Source: an uncultured Victivallales bacterium (GTDB lineage Bacteria > Verrucomicrobiota > Lentisphaeria > Oligosphaerales > JABHEG01). Taken from it: a stretch of 64,000 nt of DNA. How positions within the stretch are numbered: position 1 is the stretch's first letter; each line of letters starts with the position of its first letter. The stretch spans positions 1,103 to 65,102 of the forward strand of contig CAZSNT010000035.1 in the NCBI GenBank assembly GCA_964607765.1, read 5' to 3'. Made by a program: the position numbers and the translations under genes. The notes below the pieces were generated by a model. The model did no database searches. It was not told the origin of the DNA and worked only from the letters and a program-made list of their open reading frames with translations. This document shows positions 26,840 to 36,068 of the stretch, piece after piece.

Positions 26840-29097
26840 ACGAGGAACGACTGGAAGCGCCATCAGGCCAACTGTGCTTCGAGGCTCCGCCGCAGGAGTT
26901 TCCGAGCACCGTGTCCACCGACGCGCCGTTGCTGGGCAACGGCTCCCTGCTGGCGACGATAGGCGGCCCTCCAGAGGATCTGCAGCTCATTCTGGGCCGC
27001 AACGACTTCTGGCGCCTGGAACAGCGCCATGAACGCTGCATTCCGGTCCCGGTCGGTTGCTTCCGCATCCAATCCGAGGCGCTCAAGGGCGCCAGCTACC
27101 GCGTCCGGCAGGATCTCCGCACGGCCACGACCCGCGGCGCCTACAAGCTGCCGGGAGGAGCGGGGCTGGCCCTGGAAGCGTTCGTGGCCGCCACGGAGGA
27201 TGTTCTGGTCCTGCGACTGACGCCCGCGCAGGACGCTCTCGCAGTCAGCCTGTCTCTGACCATCGAATCCAACCTTTACACGCGCACGAACCCGGGCAGT
27301 GACGGTTGGGAATTGCGTGAGGAATACAAGAGCCATCCGCCGGTCCCCTACCAATCGGACAACAGCATGGAATGGGCGGACCCGGTCTTCCTCGGGACCC
27401 GCGCGTTCAACGAGCATGTCGGGCAACCCACGGCGGCCAGCCTGGCATGGCGGATCTTCGGTGGCCGCGACCACGCGCCCCTGCACGTCCGGAAAGACGA
27501 GAAGCGGCACGTTCGGATGGGGCAGCGACTATCCGTCCCCGCCGGCGAAACGGTCACCGTTGTACTGGCCTCGAGCAGCCTGTTCAAGTCGCCCGACTAT
27601 CGGCAGCACGCCAAGTCCCTGGTGCAGGACATGGCGTCCGCCGACGACCTGCAGGAGCTGGAACGTGCCCATCGGGAGTGGTGGGAGGCGTTCTGGGAGC
27701 GCGGCTCGACCATTGCCGTGGACGATCCGGCGCTGGAGAAGAGCTACTACCGGGCCCAATACACCATGGCGAGCGCCTCGCGGGACCCGTCCTTCCCGCC
27801 TGGCCTTTTCGGCTGGACCACGCATGACTCCCCCAAGTGGATGGGGGACTACCACATGAACTACAACCACATGGCGCCCTTCTACGGCCTTTACACGACC
27901 AACTGCCTCGACCAGGCTCGGACACACTATGCGCCCATCCTCGATTTCGTGGAGCGCGGGCGCGAGTATGCGAGGTCCATTCTCGACACGGGCGGCGTGT
28001 TCTATCCGGTCGGCATCGGCCCGCTCGGCTACACCACGGGGTACAAGCCATTCCTGCAGTGGTATGTCGAGCACGGCCTGGAGGGTGAGGACATCTTCCT
28101 GATGCAGCGCTCGAACGCTGCCTACGGGCTGGTGAACATGGCGACCGACTGGCACTACACCCGCGACCTTGCGCAGGCCGAGAGGATCTATCCGTACGCC
28201 CGTGAGGTCGTGCGCTTCTGGGAAGACTACCTCGCCTGGGAGGACAACGCGCAGGGCGGTCGCTATGTCGTCCGGAACGACGCCGTTCACGAAGGCTCCG
28301 GCACGGACACGAATTCGATCCTGAGCTTGGGCCTGGTCCGGAACAGCCTGGAACTGCTCCTCGACATGAGCGAGGCGCTCGGGAAGGACGAGGGTCAGCG
28401 TGCGCGGTGGCAGGAGATTCTCGAGACGCTCTCCCCATTCCCCACCCAGGAACGAGAGGGGAAACAGGTCTTCCGTTATACCGAGGACGGGATGGCCTGG
28501 GCCGACAGCAACACGCTGGGCATCCAGCACATCTTCCCAGGCGGGCAAGTGCATCTGGACAGCCCCGCCGGGCTTCTCCAGGTGGCGCGCAACACGATCG
28601 AGGCGATGGGACGTTGGGTGGACTTCAACGGCTCGAACAGCTTCTTCATGGCCGCGATCCGCTCCGGCTACGATCCGGAGATCATCTGGAAGCAGCTGCA
28701 CGTCTTCCATGATGCCTGCCGCGAGAACGGGTTCCTCAAAGACAATCCCCACGGCATCGAGGCATGCAGCGTCGTGCCCAATGCGGTAAACGAGATGCTC
28801 TGCATGAGCCATCGAGGCGTGATCCGGCCCTTCGCCATGTGGCCCCGGAGCTGCGCGAACGCCCGCTTCACCAACATCCGCGCCTGGGGCGCCTTCCTGG
28901 TGTCGAGCGCGCTGCGCGACGGCGAGGCGCAGTACGTGAAAATCCACAGTGAGCGTGGCAGCGACTGCACCGTGGTCAACCCCTGGCCGGGGAAACGCGT
29001 GCTCCTCACCAGCGAAGAGCGCAGCGAGATCCTGAGCGGCGCCCGCTTTACGTTCAAGACGAAGAGTGGCGAAACACTGGAGCTCAGAAAAACATGA
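26836..29097 (+). CDS. GH95-like six-hairpin glycosidase (possible alpha-L-fucosidase)
   Basis: 'PLLGNGSLLATIGG...LILGRNDFW' resembles the GH95 N-terminal domain, and 'WMGDYHMNYNHMAPFYGLYTTN' resembles the GH95 'NxNxQMNYW' region. The start is set at the ATGA overlap. The 1,218-aa ORF in the track runs upstream through an out-of-frame part of the GH29 gene. Confidence 0.55.
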   Translation: MNEERLEAPSGQLCFEAPPQEFPSTVSTDAPLLGNGSLLATIGGPPEDLQLILGRNDFWRLEQRHERCIPVPVGCFRIQSEALKGASYRVRQDLRTATTRGAYKLPGGAGLALEAFVAATEDVLVLRLTPAQDALAVSLSLTIESNLYTRTNPGSDGWELREEYKSHPPVPYQSDNSMEWADPVFLGTRAFNEHVGQPTAASLAWRIFGGRDHAPLHVRKDEKRHVRMGQRLSVPAGETVTVVLASSSLFKSPDYRQHAKSLVQDMASADDLQELERAHREWWEAFWERGSTIAVDDPALEKSYYRAQYTMASASRDPSFPPGLFGWTTHDSPKWMGDYHMNYNHMAPFYGLYTTNCLDQARTHYAPILDFVERGREYARSILDTGGVFYPVGIGPLGYTTGYKPFLQWYVEHGLEGEDIFLMQRSNAAYGLVNMATDWHYTRDLAQAERIYPYAREVVRFWEDYLAWEDNAQGGRYVVRNDAVHEGSGTDTNSILSLGLVRNSLELLLDMSEALGKDEGQRARWQEILETLSPFPTQEREGKQVFRYTEDGMAWADSNTLGIQHIFPGGQVHLDSPAGLLQVARNTIEAMGRWVDFNGSNSFFMAAIRSGYDPEIIWKQLHVFHDACRENGFLKDNPHGIEACSVVPNAVNEMLCMSHRGVIRPFAMWPRSCANARFTNIRAWGAFLVSSALRDGEAQYVKIHSERGSDCTVVNPWPGKRVLLTSEERSEILSGARFTFKTKSGETLELRKT

Positions 29098-29142
29098 GCC
29101 CCTGGAGAGAGCCATGAAGCGAGAATCCGCAGATACGATCAC

Positions 29143-30396
29143 GTGGAGAGACTAATGACAATGGCGACCGACGCACAGATCCTCCGAGACCTGGCCCAGC
29201 GCTACATGGACGCGGCGGCGAGTCAGGACAGCGAGAAGACCAAGGACCAGTGGCGCAGGCTGCACGATCGCGACATGGAACGGCCCATGGTCTGGATCTG
29301 GGTCATCCTGTTCACCGAGGAGCTCGAGGAGATCACCAGGCTCCAATGCACGCACCCGCTTTTTCGGGCGAAAGAGAAGGAGCTCCGTACCGAGCTGTAC
29401 CACCACTACATCGGCGACGACTACCTGCTCGAACCGTACCTGCCGTTGCGCGCGTCCTACGCAAGCATGGAGAACGGCGCATGGGGAGTCGCCTTCCCGC
29501 CGCCGGAGACGAAGGGACGCCGTCCGGTTGACGGGGTCGCCGCCGACGTCTATCGCGACTCGCCGTTGAAGTCCCTCGACGACCTGAGCGTAATCCGGCC
29601 CGTTGAACACCGTATCGACGAGGCCAGGACAGCCGAGAACCTGAAGCTCCTGGAGGATGCAGTCGGCGACGTCCTGCCCGTCCACGTGTCGCGCCCCCCC
29701 GTCTACTTCCGCGAGTCCTTTGCCCCGACCGTCACCCGCATGCGCGGCATGACCCAACTCATGATGGACATGATCGAGGACCCCGAAGGCTTGCACCGTC
29801 TTCTCGGCCTCATGCAGAAGACGGTGCTCACCGCCCACGAACAGGCCGAAGAACGGGGTGGGATCTGTTCTGCAGACCAGTACATACAGTCCTGTCCCTA
29901 CAGCAACTACACCGTTGACCCCACGCCCGTCGCACCCGCCCGACACCGGGACCTGTGGTGTTTTAAGGCGGCCCAGGAGTTCACCGGCATATCGCCGCAG
30001 ATGCACAAGGAATTCGCCCTTGACTACCAGAAGCCGATCATGGAGATGTTCGCGGCGAGCGCCTACGGGTGCTGCGAGGACTTGACCCACAAAATAGACA
30101 TGCTGCGCGAGGTGAAAAACCTCAAGCGCATCTCGGTGACCCCCGCGGCGGACCTGGAGGAGTGCGCGGAACAGATCGGCAGTGACTACATCATATCCTG
30201 GCGCCCCAATCCTACCGACCACGTGTGCGCCACCTTCGATCGCAACCGTGTGCGTCGGCTCATTGCGGAGGGCCGGGACGTGCTGGAGAAGTACGGTTGC
30301 CAGTATGAGATCAACCTCAAGGACGTGCTCACCGTCCAGGGCGACCGTGAGCGTCTGCGCGAGTGGGTCGAGATCGTCCGCAGCGTGATCGAGTGA
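29143..30396 (+). CDS. Distant URO-D-like TIM-barrel protein, subfamily B (paralog of 12844..14127)
   Basis: Colinear with 12844..14127: 'DQWRRLHDRDMERPMVWI', 'AYGCCEDLTHKIDMLREVKNLKRISVTPA' and 'YEINLKDVLTV'. The start is uncertain (GTG 29143, ATG 29155 or ATG 29161). Confidence 0.45.
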   Translation: MERLMTMATDAQILRDLAQRYMDAAASQDSEKTKDQWRRLHDRDMERPMVWIWVILFTEELEEITRLQCTHPLFRAKEKELRTELYHHYIGDDYLLEPYLPLRASYASMENGAWGVAFPPPETKGRRPVDGVAADVYRDSPLKSLDDLSVIRPVEHRIDEARTAENLKLLEDAVGDVLPVHVSRPPVYFRESFAPTVTRMRGMTQLMMDMIEDPEGLHRLLGLMQKTVLTAHEQAEERGGICSADQYIQSCPYSNYTVDPTPVAPARHRDLWCFKAAQEFTGISPQMHKEFALDYQKPIMEMFAASAYGCCEDLTHKIDMLREVKNLKRISVTPAADLEECAEQIGSDYIISWRPNPTDHVCATFDRNRVRRLIAEGRDVLEKYGCQYEINLKDVLTVQGDRERLREWVEIVRSVIE

Positions 30397-30490
30397 CGGA
30401 GCCCCGCGAGCTCCGGACGTCCGCGCGACGGTCCCCGGAGAGCAATACATGGCCGAAGCCAGGACCGAGGCCAACACGGACGGATAGAAG

Positions 30491-33400
30491 ATGAACAACA
30501 TGAACCGCAAGTACTTCCTCCTCTGGGCCCTTCTGGCCCTCGGCGCATTCGCCGCCGAGGACTTCGAACAGGGCGCCGCCGTGCCGGGCGGCTGGTCGGC
30601 TGCGGGCGGCGCGTCGGTTCGCATCGTCCGCGAACGCTGCAAGTCCGGCCAACAGAGCTTGCTCTGGTCCTGGTCGTCGGCAGGCGACTCCCTGGTCCAC
30701 GCCGACCCGGCGGCCTTTCGGAAGCTGACCGCAGACAATGGCCGGGGGTTTGGCAGTTGCCTGGGCATGTGGGTGTACAACGAGACGCCAACTGCCGCGC
30801 CCATGCGTTGCGAACTCCGCAACGGCGACCAGACCGTGGCCCGCTTCTGGTTCTGGATGGATTTCCGCGGCTGGCGCCCCTTGATGGTGCGCTACTCGCA
30901 GATCGGCTGGAGCAAGGGCCAAGCGGTCACGGGGTTGCGGATCATGCCTCCCGAGGGGCTCGAAAGCGGTCGGCTCTACATCGACGGGTTCGACGCGAAC
31001 TTCATCCATCGCGGCCCGGCGCGCGACTATCAGATGCCCTGGGTCGGGCATGAGAACGGCCTGGCGGACCCGGCTGCGGTCGCGCTGAGCAGCACCAACA
31101 TCGCACAGAACCGGCCGTGGTTGCCCGAACTGAAGCCGGTCGCGGCATTCACGGCGGCTGAGCGTGCGGACCTGGCGCGGCTGGCCGAGGCCTTGCCGAA
31201 ACTGCGGGAGCGTGTTCGCGTACCCGTACTCGCCAAGGAAGAGTCGTCCCCGGGCACGGACGACATGCGTCCGGCGGCTGAGCCAGTGGCCGCCATGCGG
31301 GCCAAGCTCAAGGCGTGGGGCATCGTGCGCGAGAACGGCGTGCTGCGCGGCCCCGCCATCGGCAACACCTCGCCCATGAAACCCGCGGAAGCCGTACACA
31401 TGGCCGAATACATGAAGCTCTGCGGCCAGGTGCGCAACGCGTTCCAGCGCGCCCGCGACCCCGACGACGCGGGCGACCTGGCGCGGATGTTCGTGGACCT
31501 GGCGGAGCACCTGCTGGACCAGGGCTGGGCAGAGGGCTCCGGCAACATGGGCTCGTTGGGCAACGGCTACGGCCTGCGTGACTGGCCGCCGTATTTCTAC
31601 TCCATGCGCGATGTCTTGGCAGAAGCCGGCATCTTGCGTGAGGTCGCGCTGGGCCTCAGTTGGCACATGGGCTGGGGACATTCGGCGATGAGCGAACACC
31701 CCGGCGGCAGCATGGACACGCTGAACAACTACAACCGCGCGTTGCTGCCGTGCGCGCTCATGATGCCCGACGAAGCCGAGCGTCTGCAGCGCCTACGCGT
31801 GGTCCAGCGTCACTTCAGTCTCGCCCTGACCAATCCCCGCATGCTCGGACCCGACGGCTCTGCCTACCACCACGGCATGCACCATTTTGCCTATGCGTCG
31901 TATTCCATGGGGGTGGCATTCCGCACGGCCCACCGCCTGCGGGACACCGTCTTCCGCCTCTCCCCCGAAGCCCACGAACACCTGCGCGCCCACGTCCACG
32001 CCATGACGTTCGCCACGGTCAACGGCCAGCAGCCCCCAAACATGAATGCTCGGGCGGGCGCCCCGCTCAACTGCGACATGAGCAAGTGCCGGACCATCCT
32101 GGCTGACATTGACGCTTCGGCGCCGCCAGCCGAAGAGCGCGACCGCCGCTGCCCGCAGTCTGCATCGGGCCATTGGACGATGAACGGCACGGCTGCGTCG
32201 TTGCACCGTCGGGACGACTGGCTGGTGAGCATCGTGGGCATGATCAAGTTCTGGCGCGGTCTCGAGATCTACGGCTGGACCCAAACGAACAACTACGGGG
32301 AGTATGCACGCTACGGTTCCGTGCTCGTCTGCGCCTCTGGCGACCCGGTGTCGCTGGCCGAGAGCGGCATGGTCCACGACGGCTGGGACTGGTGCAAGTG
32401 GCCGGGAACAACAGCCTTGCAGCGGCCGTCCCATGAGATCTTCCGGGGCTACGCAATGCGCGGCAACCCCACCGCTTTCGCCGGCGGCACGCGGCTGGAA
32501 GACGACGGGGTCTGGGGAATGGACTTCCAGGGCAGAGACGTGCACTTCCGCAAGTCTGTGTTCTGCTTCGACAAACGCGTCACCGTGGTCACCACCAACA
32601 TTCGCAGCGACGAGGACAGACCGGCGCTCACCACGCTCTTCCAAGCCGCGATCGACCCTCAAGCGGAGGCCCTGACCGTGAACGGCGAGAGCATTGCGCA
32701 GTTCCCCTGGGAGTCGCAGTTGCCTGCGGACAGACTCCAGTGCCTGACCGACGGCAAAGGCAACGGCTACCTCGTCCACCCGGGTGAGAGCAGCCTGCGC
32801 CTGCACCGCAAACCCCAGGAGTGGGTCTACATGACAGAGAAGTACCTGAGGGATCCTGCCGACAACCCGATTCAGGACTACCGCCGACGTCGGTACCGGC
32901 ACCGGAACGTCGTCGAAAACGAGGCGTACTTCACACCCTCGACGAACAACTTCGCAACCGCCTGGTTCGAGCACGGCGCGAAGCCGACCGACGCGGCCTG
33001 TGCCTACACCATCTTCGTGCAGTCTTCCCCCGAAGAGCTGGTCGCGGCCGCTGCCACTCCCCCATACACCGTGCTGCGCCAGGATGAACAGGCCCATATC
33101 CTACACGATCACCCGACCGGCACCACCGCCTACGTCATCTTCGACGAAACCGTCGAGCTCACCGCAGCGCCCTCCAGACTGCCCCCCATCCCCCATCAAT
33201 CCGCAGTCCGCAATCTGCAACCGAGCCAGAAGCGAGCTCGACGAGGTCAGCCTCCAATCTGCAATCTGCAATCTGCAATCTGCAATCTTCAATCTGCAAT
33301 CTGCAATCTGCAATCCGCCTCCCGTCCCTGCCTCGTCATGCTTCGCCGGCATGGCAGGAAACGCCTGACCCTCAGCGTTGCGTCGACGGACAAGGCCCTG

Positions 33401-33580
33401 ACGGAACCGATCGTCCTGGCCGTCCCGGGACGATGGCGTCTGGCAGGTCAGTTCCCCGAAGGAGTCACCGCCACGGCCGAGGAGAATCTGACCCGTGTCC
33501 ATGTCCCCTACCGGGACTACATGCCGGTTCAACTTGATCTGAGAAGACGCAGCTGGTTCGACGCCATTCTGGGACGGTAG
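30491..33580 (+). CDS. Chondroitinase-ABC-like lyase (PL8-type), paralog P4, secreted
   Basis: Signal peptide 'MNNMNRKYFLLWALLALGAFAAE'. Motifs 'QSLLWSWSSAG', 'GMWVYNETP', 'MDFRGWR', 'GSGNMGSLGNGYGLR', 'DGSAYHHGMHHFAY', 'DGWDWCKWPGTT', 'FRKSVFCFDKRVTVVTTNI' and 'FEHGAKPTDAACAYTIFV'. Confidence 0.8.
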   Translation: MNNMNRKYFLLWALLALGAFAAEDFEQGAAVPGGWSAAGGASVRIVRERCKSGQQSLLWSWSSAGDSLVHADPAAFRKLTADNGRGFGSCLGMWVYNETPTAAPMRCELRNGDQTVARFWFWMDFRGWRPLMVRYSQIGWSKGQAVTGLRIMPPEGLESGRLYIDGFDANFIHRGPARDYQMPWVGHENGLADPAAVALSSTNIAQNRPWLPELKPVAAFTAAERADLARLAEALPKLRERVRVPVLAKEESSPGTDDMRPAAEPVAAMRAKLKAWGIVRENGVLRGPAIGNTSPMKPAEAVHMAEYMKLCGQVRNAFQRARDPDDAGDLARMFVDLAEHLLDQGWAEGSGNMGSLGNGYGLRDWPPYFYSMRDVLAEAGILREVALGLSWHMGWGHSAMSEHPGGSMDTLNNYNRALLPCALMMPDEAERLQRLRVVQRHFSLALTNPRMLGPDGSAYHHGMHHFAYASYSMGVAFRTAHRLRDTVFRLSPEAHEHLRAHVHAMTFATVNGQQPPNMNARAGAPLNCDMSKCRTILADIDASAPPAEERDRRCPQSASGHWTMNGTAASLHRRDDWLVSIVGMIKFWRGLEIYGWTQTNNYGEYARYGSVLVCASGDPVSLAESGMVHDGWDWCKWPGTTALQRPSHEIFRGYAMRGNPTAFAGGTRLEDDGVWGMDFQGRDVHFRKSVFCFDKRVTVVTTNIRSDEDRPALTTLFQAAIDPQAEALTVNGESIAQFPWESQLPADRLQCLTDGKGNGYLVHPGESSLRLHRKPQEWVYMTEKYLRDPADNPIQDYRRRRYRHRNVVENEAYFTPSTNNFATAWFEHGAKPTDAACAYTIFVQSSPEELVAAAATPPYTVLRQDEQAHILHDHPTGTTAYVIFDETVELTAAPSRLPPIPHQSAVRNLQPSQKRARRGQPPICNLQSAICNLQSAICNLQSASRPCLVMLRRHGRKRLTLSVASTDKALTEPIVLAVPGRWRLAGQFPEGVTATAEENLTRVHVPYRDYMPVQLDLRRRSWFDAILGR
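33196..33316 (+). repeat. Heptanucleotide tandem array (consensus GCAATCT) inside the P4 coding sequence
   Basis: There are 9 contiguous 7-nt units at 33254-33316: ccaatct, gcaatct x4, tcaatct, gcaatct x2, gcaatcc. About 4 degenerate units lie at 33196-33223. The array is translated as 'ICNLQSAICNLQSAICNLQSA'. Confidence 0.9.
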
Positions 33581-33682
33581 CTGAAGACACCTGGATCGGC
33601 CATCCCAACGCGAATGCTTCGAGGAGTGAATCAACCGGGACCACACCGAAACCGGTCCGAGCAACTAAGAGAGTTCAACACG

Positions 33683-36025
33683 ATGAGCAGGAATAGCGAG
33701 ACCATGAACACGGCCTGCCGCACGCTTCCGGCGGCGGCAGTACGCCCGGACACCGGCATCCGCTGTGCGGGAAACATGTACGCCAGGACGTACCCGGGGC
33801 CTTGCTGGCCTTTCGGTATGGCGCAGCCTGGGCCGGACAACATCACCGGCTGGGATTTCACTAACGGCTATTCCAGCGACATGCGCTTCATCGAAGGTTT
33901 CTCGATGATGCGAATGAGCGGCACCGGGTGGTTCGGCGATTTCGGCAGCCTGCAAGTCATGCCCACCACCGGCCCCATGCAGACCTACCGTGGCAACACC
34001 CTGGCGCGGGGCGGCGAACAACGTCGGAATGGCTGGCATTCGTCCTTCCTCCAACGCGATGAGGAGATCCGTCCCGGATATTACAGCGTCCTCCTGCATG
34101 ATTACCGCATCCGCGCCGAGTTGACGGCTACTCGCCACTGCGGGATAATGCGCTTCACCTTTCCCGAGCATGACCAGAGCCGCATTCAGATCGATCTGGC
34201 CCGGCGAATTGGCGGCACCACCAGCGAGCAAGCCTTCTCCGTGGTTGGGGACCGTGCCGTGGAAGGCTGGGTGCGCTGTGGACCGGAAGGCGGCGGCATG
34301 GGCAACGGAAGGCCTGAAGACCTCAAGTACCGGGTTCACTTCCGCGCCGAGTTCAGCCGCCCCTTCGACTCGGTCGGCTGCTGGGAGGCCACCTTCCCGG
34401 AAGGCACCAAGCGCGACCTCCGCTACATCGCAACTGACGAGTACGCCGACGCGTGCCGAAACGCCGAGGTCCGCCCCGGAACGCGGCAGGCACACGGGCA
34501 GCATCTTGGCTTCTACACCGAGTTCGCAACACGGGCCGACGAGCAGGTGCTCCTCAAGCTGGGCCTCTCCTTTGTTGACATTGACGGGGCGCGGCGCAAT
34601 CTCGAGGCGGAGCTGGACCACTGGGACTTCGACCGCGTCAGACGCGAGCTCGTCGCGGCCTGGGAGCAAGAGCTCAAGAGCCTGCGAGTCGCTGCCGGCA
34701 CGCCGCGCGACGAGGCGATTGCTGCGACAGCCGTCTATCACACGCGCCTGGACCCGCGTCGAATCGATGATGTCGACGGACGCTACGTCGACGGCAACGG
34801 ACAGCCCCGGCAGATGAAGGCCTGGCGACCACGCACGGTCTTCAGCGGCTGGGACGCCTTTCGCAGCTACATCCCCCTGATGACACTGATGGCCCCGGAC
34901 CTCGTCAACGATCAGGTTAACACACTGCTCGAAGTGGCAACGACAACTGGCAAGGGCCTCCCGAAATGGGAGTTGATGGGAATCGACATCGAGTGCATGG
35001 TCGGCGACCCGGCCGTCGGCACGATTGTCGACGCCTACCTGAAAGGAATCCGGGATTACGACGTCGAGCTGGCCTACCAGCTCTGCCTGGAAACGGCTTT
35101 CGGCCCGCGCACGCATCGGGACGACTGGCAGGTCTACCGGGACCTCGGCTACTGCCCGATGCGCCGCCGCCCGGACGGTCGCTACGTGGGCGCCGGCGTG
35201 TCCACCACCTTGGAGAACTGCTATTTCGACTGGTGCGTGTACCGCTTCGCCAAAGCGCTCGGGCGCGAGGAGGACGCCGCGCGACTGCGCCCGTCCCTGA
35301 CGAACTACCGCAACATCTACTGTCCCGACGTGGGACTGATGCGGGGCCGCGAGGAGAACGGGGACTGGATTCCCTGGCAGGGCGCGACGACATTCGGCCA
35401 GGGCTGCGTCGAGTCCAACCCGCTCCAGCAGAGTTTCTTCGTTCCCCACGACCCGATCGGCCTCATGCAGCTGATGGGGGAAGACCGGTTCTTCGACACC
35501 CTCGAGGACATGTTTGCCAAAACCCCGGCAAGCTGCTTCTGGAACCCCTACTACAACCATTCCAACGAGCCCGTCCACCAGCTCGTGTACATCTTCGCCT
35601 GCACGGGACGACCGTGGCTGACACAGAAGTACGCCCGCTGGGTGCTCAAGAACGCGTACGGCCTCGGGCCCGAGGGGCTCTGCGGCAACGACGACGTGGG
35701 CCAGATGTCGGCTTGGTACCTGCTGTCCGCCATGGGGCTCCACCCGTTCTGCACCGCGTCGAACACCTACGTCATCGGCAGCCCCCTCTTCCCCGAGATC
35801 GAGCTCGACCTCGACCCGCGCTACCACGCCGGCGAGACGCTACGGATCGTCGCCCGCGACAACTCCGACACGAATGTCTACGTCCAGCATGCCGAGCTCA
35901 ACGGCAAGCCGCTGAACCGTGCATGGGTGACCTATGAGGAACTGACGTCGGGCTGCACACTCGAATTCCACATGGGCCCCAAGCCCAACATGGAATGGGG
36001 CACAGAGAACGAAGGGACAGAATGA
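33683..36025 (+). CDS. GH92 family glycosidase (alpha-mannosidase-like), high-GC paralog of 9368..11674
   Basis: Same motif set as the paralog: 'FSGWDAFRSYIPLMTLM', 'TLENCYFDWC', 'FVPHDPIGLMQLMG', 'NHSNEPVHQLVYIF' and 'GNDDVGQMSAWYLLSAMGLHPF'. The start was chosen by alignment to the paralog. ATG 33614 and ATG 33704 are alternatives. Confidence 0.88.
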   Translation: MSRNSETMNTACRTLPAAAVRPDTGIRCAGNMYARTYPGPCWPFGMAQPGPDNITGWDFTNGYSSDMRFIEGFSMMRMSGTGWFGDFGSLQVMPTTGPMQTYRGNTLARGGEQRRNGWHSSFLQRDEEIRPGYYSVLLHDYRIRAELTATRHCGIMRFTFPEHDQSRIQIDLARRIGGTTSEQAFSVVGDRAVEGWVRCGPEGGGMGNGRPEDLKYRVHFRAEFSRPFDSVGCWEATFPEGTKRDLRYIATDEYADACRNAEVRPGTRQAHGQHLGFYTEFATRADEQVLLKLGLSFVDIDGARRNLEAELDHWDFDRVRRELVAAWEQELKSLRVAAGTPRDEAIAATAVYHTRLDPRRIDDVDGRYVDGNGQPRQMKAWRPRTVFSGWDAFRSYIPLMTLMAPDLVNDQVNTLLEVATTTGKGLPKWELMGIDIECMVGDPAVGTIVDAYLKGIRDYDVELAYQLCLETAFGPRTHRDDWQVYRDLGYCPMRRRPDGRYVGAGVSTTLENCYFDWCVYRFAKALGREEDAARLRPSLTNYRNIYCPDVGLMRGREENGDWIPWQGATTFGQGCVESNPLQQSFFVPHDPIGLMQLMGEDRFFDTLEDMFAKTPASCFWNPYYNHSNEPVHQLVYIFACTGRPWLTQKYARWVLKNAYGLGPEGLCGNDDVGQMSAWYLLSAMGLHPFCTASNTYVIGSPLFPEIELDLDPRYHAGETLRIVARDNSDTNVYVQHAELNGKPLNRAWVTYEELTSGCTLEFHMGPKPNMEWGTENEGTE

Positions 36026-36068
36026 CGACGAGCCAGAGACCGCGGTGTTGTGAAAGGAGAGGAAAACG

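Noticed and set aside
33196-33316. A CRISPR array as the explanation for the tandem repeats at 33196-33316, 58173-58366 and 59583-59659.
   Set aside because: The units are 7 nt and contiguous with no spacers. They lie inside open reading frames, and no cas genes are present.
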